A stretch of 41,269 nt of DNA from Betaproteobacteria bacterium (lineage in GTDB: Bacteria; Pseudomonadota; Gammaproteobacteria; Burkholderiales; SG8-39). Both the position numbers and the translations under genes were made by a program. The first letter of the stretch is position 1. The number at the start of each line of letters is the position of its first letter. Under the pieces are notes generated by a model. That model was not told where the DNA came from and made no database searches. It was given only the letters and a program-made list of their open reading frames with translations. The stretch is taken from positions 1 to 41,269 of the forward strand of contig JACOVA010000088.1 in NCBI GenBank assembly GCA_016177575.1, given 5' to 3'. Shown here in pieces: positions 40,570 through 41,269 of this stretch.

Positions 40570-41269
40570 ATGTCCCGCTCATTCCCGCTGACTTGGCTGC
40601 TCGCGCTGCTCGCACTGCTCGCCGGCTGCAAGTCGGTCGAAATACCGAAGGTGCCCGGCGTGACGCCCTACCGGATGGTCATCCAGCAGGGCAACTTCAT
40701 CTCCCCGGAGATGATGGCCCAGCTCAAGCCCGGCATGACGCGCGAGCAGGTCCGCTTCGTGCTCGGCACGCCGCTGGTCACCGACATCTTCCACGCCGAC
40801 CGCTGGGACTACATCTTCTATCGCGAGCTGCCGAACGGCAAGCGCGAGCAGCGCAACTTGTCGGTGGTGTTCGAAGACGGCAAGCTGGCGCGCGTCATCG
40901 GCGATCTGCTGCCGGCCCCGGGGACCGAGCCGAAGCCGGCCGCGGAGGCGAAGACTGCGGCCGAACCGAAGCCGGCCGCCGAGGCGAAGGCGGCCGCCGA
41001 ACTGCCGAAACCGGACGCCCCGCCCCCGGCGCAGCAGAACTGGAGCGCCGGGAGCGACAAGCCCGAGGCCAAGCCGGAAGCCGCGAGCGCGCCCAAGGAA
41101 GAGGAAGCGAAGCCCGCCGACGAGAAGAAGGAACGCGGCTTTTTCGGCAGGCTCCTCGACCGGATCACGCCCGGCGCGCCCGCCGAGGCGAAGGAAGAAG
41201 TGAAGGACGAAGTGAAGCCACAGCCGAAGAAACCCGTGGAGGAAGAGACGAAGGAACGCGGCTTCTTCG
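40570..41269 (+). CDS. bamE: Outer membrane assembly lipoprotein BamE (SmpA/OmlA) with long C-terminal tail; 3'-truncated by the window
   Basis: Lipobox LAGC, IQQGN, GMTREQVRFVLGTP, RWDY. The frame stays open to the window end, so it is absent from the ORF track. Confidence 0.95.
   Translation, partial: MSRSFPLTWLLALLALLAGCKSVEIPKVPGVTPYRMVIQQGNFISPEMMAQLKPGMTREQVRFVLGTPLVTDIFHADRWDYIFYRELPNGKREQRNLSVVFEDGKLARVIGDLLPAPGTEPKPAAEAKTAAEPKPAAEAKAAAELPKPDAPPPAQQNWSAGSDKPEAKPEAASAPKEEEAKPADEKKERGFFGRLLDRITPGAPAEAKEEVKDEVKPQPKKPVEEETKERGFF
40927..40998 (+). repeat. 36-bp tandem duplication (EPKPAAEAKxAA x2) in the BamE tail
   Basis: Read directly from the sequence. Confidence 0.8.

Overview
Core-chromosome segment of a very GC-rich Betaproteobacterium (gene order and proteins are Burkholderiales/Rhodocyclales-like). 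It contains the 3' end of der, a TetR regulator, a large membrane-fused spermidine-synthase-like gene divergent from an MFS transporter, and the leuCDB-asd-fimV-truA-trpFBA-accD-folC-dedD-cvpA-purF-metZ cluster. Next come a TPR/L,D-peptidase/cyclophilin/lpxH envelope operon divergent from cysS, a crotonase and grpE-dnaK-dnaJ. A GT2 + TRAP block interrupts the usual hrcA-hemH-grpE order, followed by nadK-recN, fur and a 5' part of bamE. I see no mobile element, CRISPR array, tRNA or rRNA, and no clearly new multi-gene system. The most notable signals are: a SAM-II riboswitch with a readable terminator/antiterminator switch before metZ; several apparently leaderless genes; two core genes that can only start at CTG (or ACG); sharply bounded AT-rich synonymous-codon patches inside core genes; a sigma32 promoter encoded by the GrpE C-terminus; a DnaK nucleotide-latch variant; and two adjacent exported proteins that share a paralogous NTF2-like domain. 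All calls come from reading the sequence; no searches were run.
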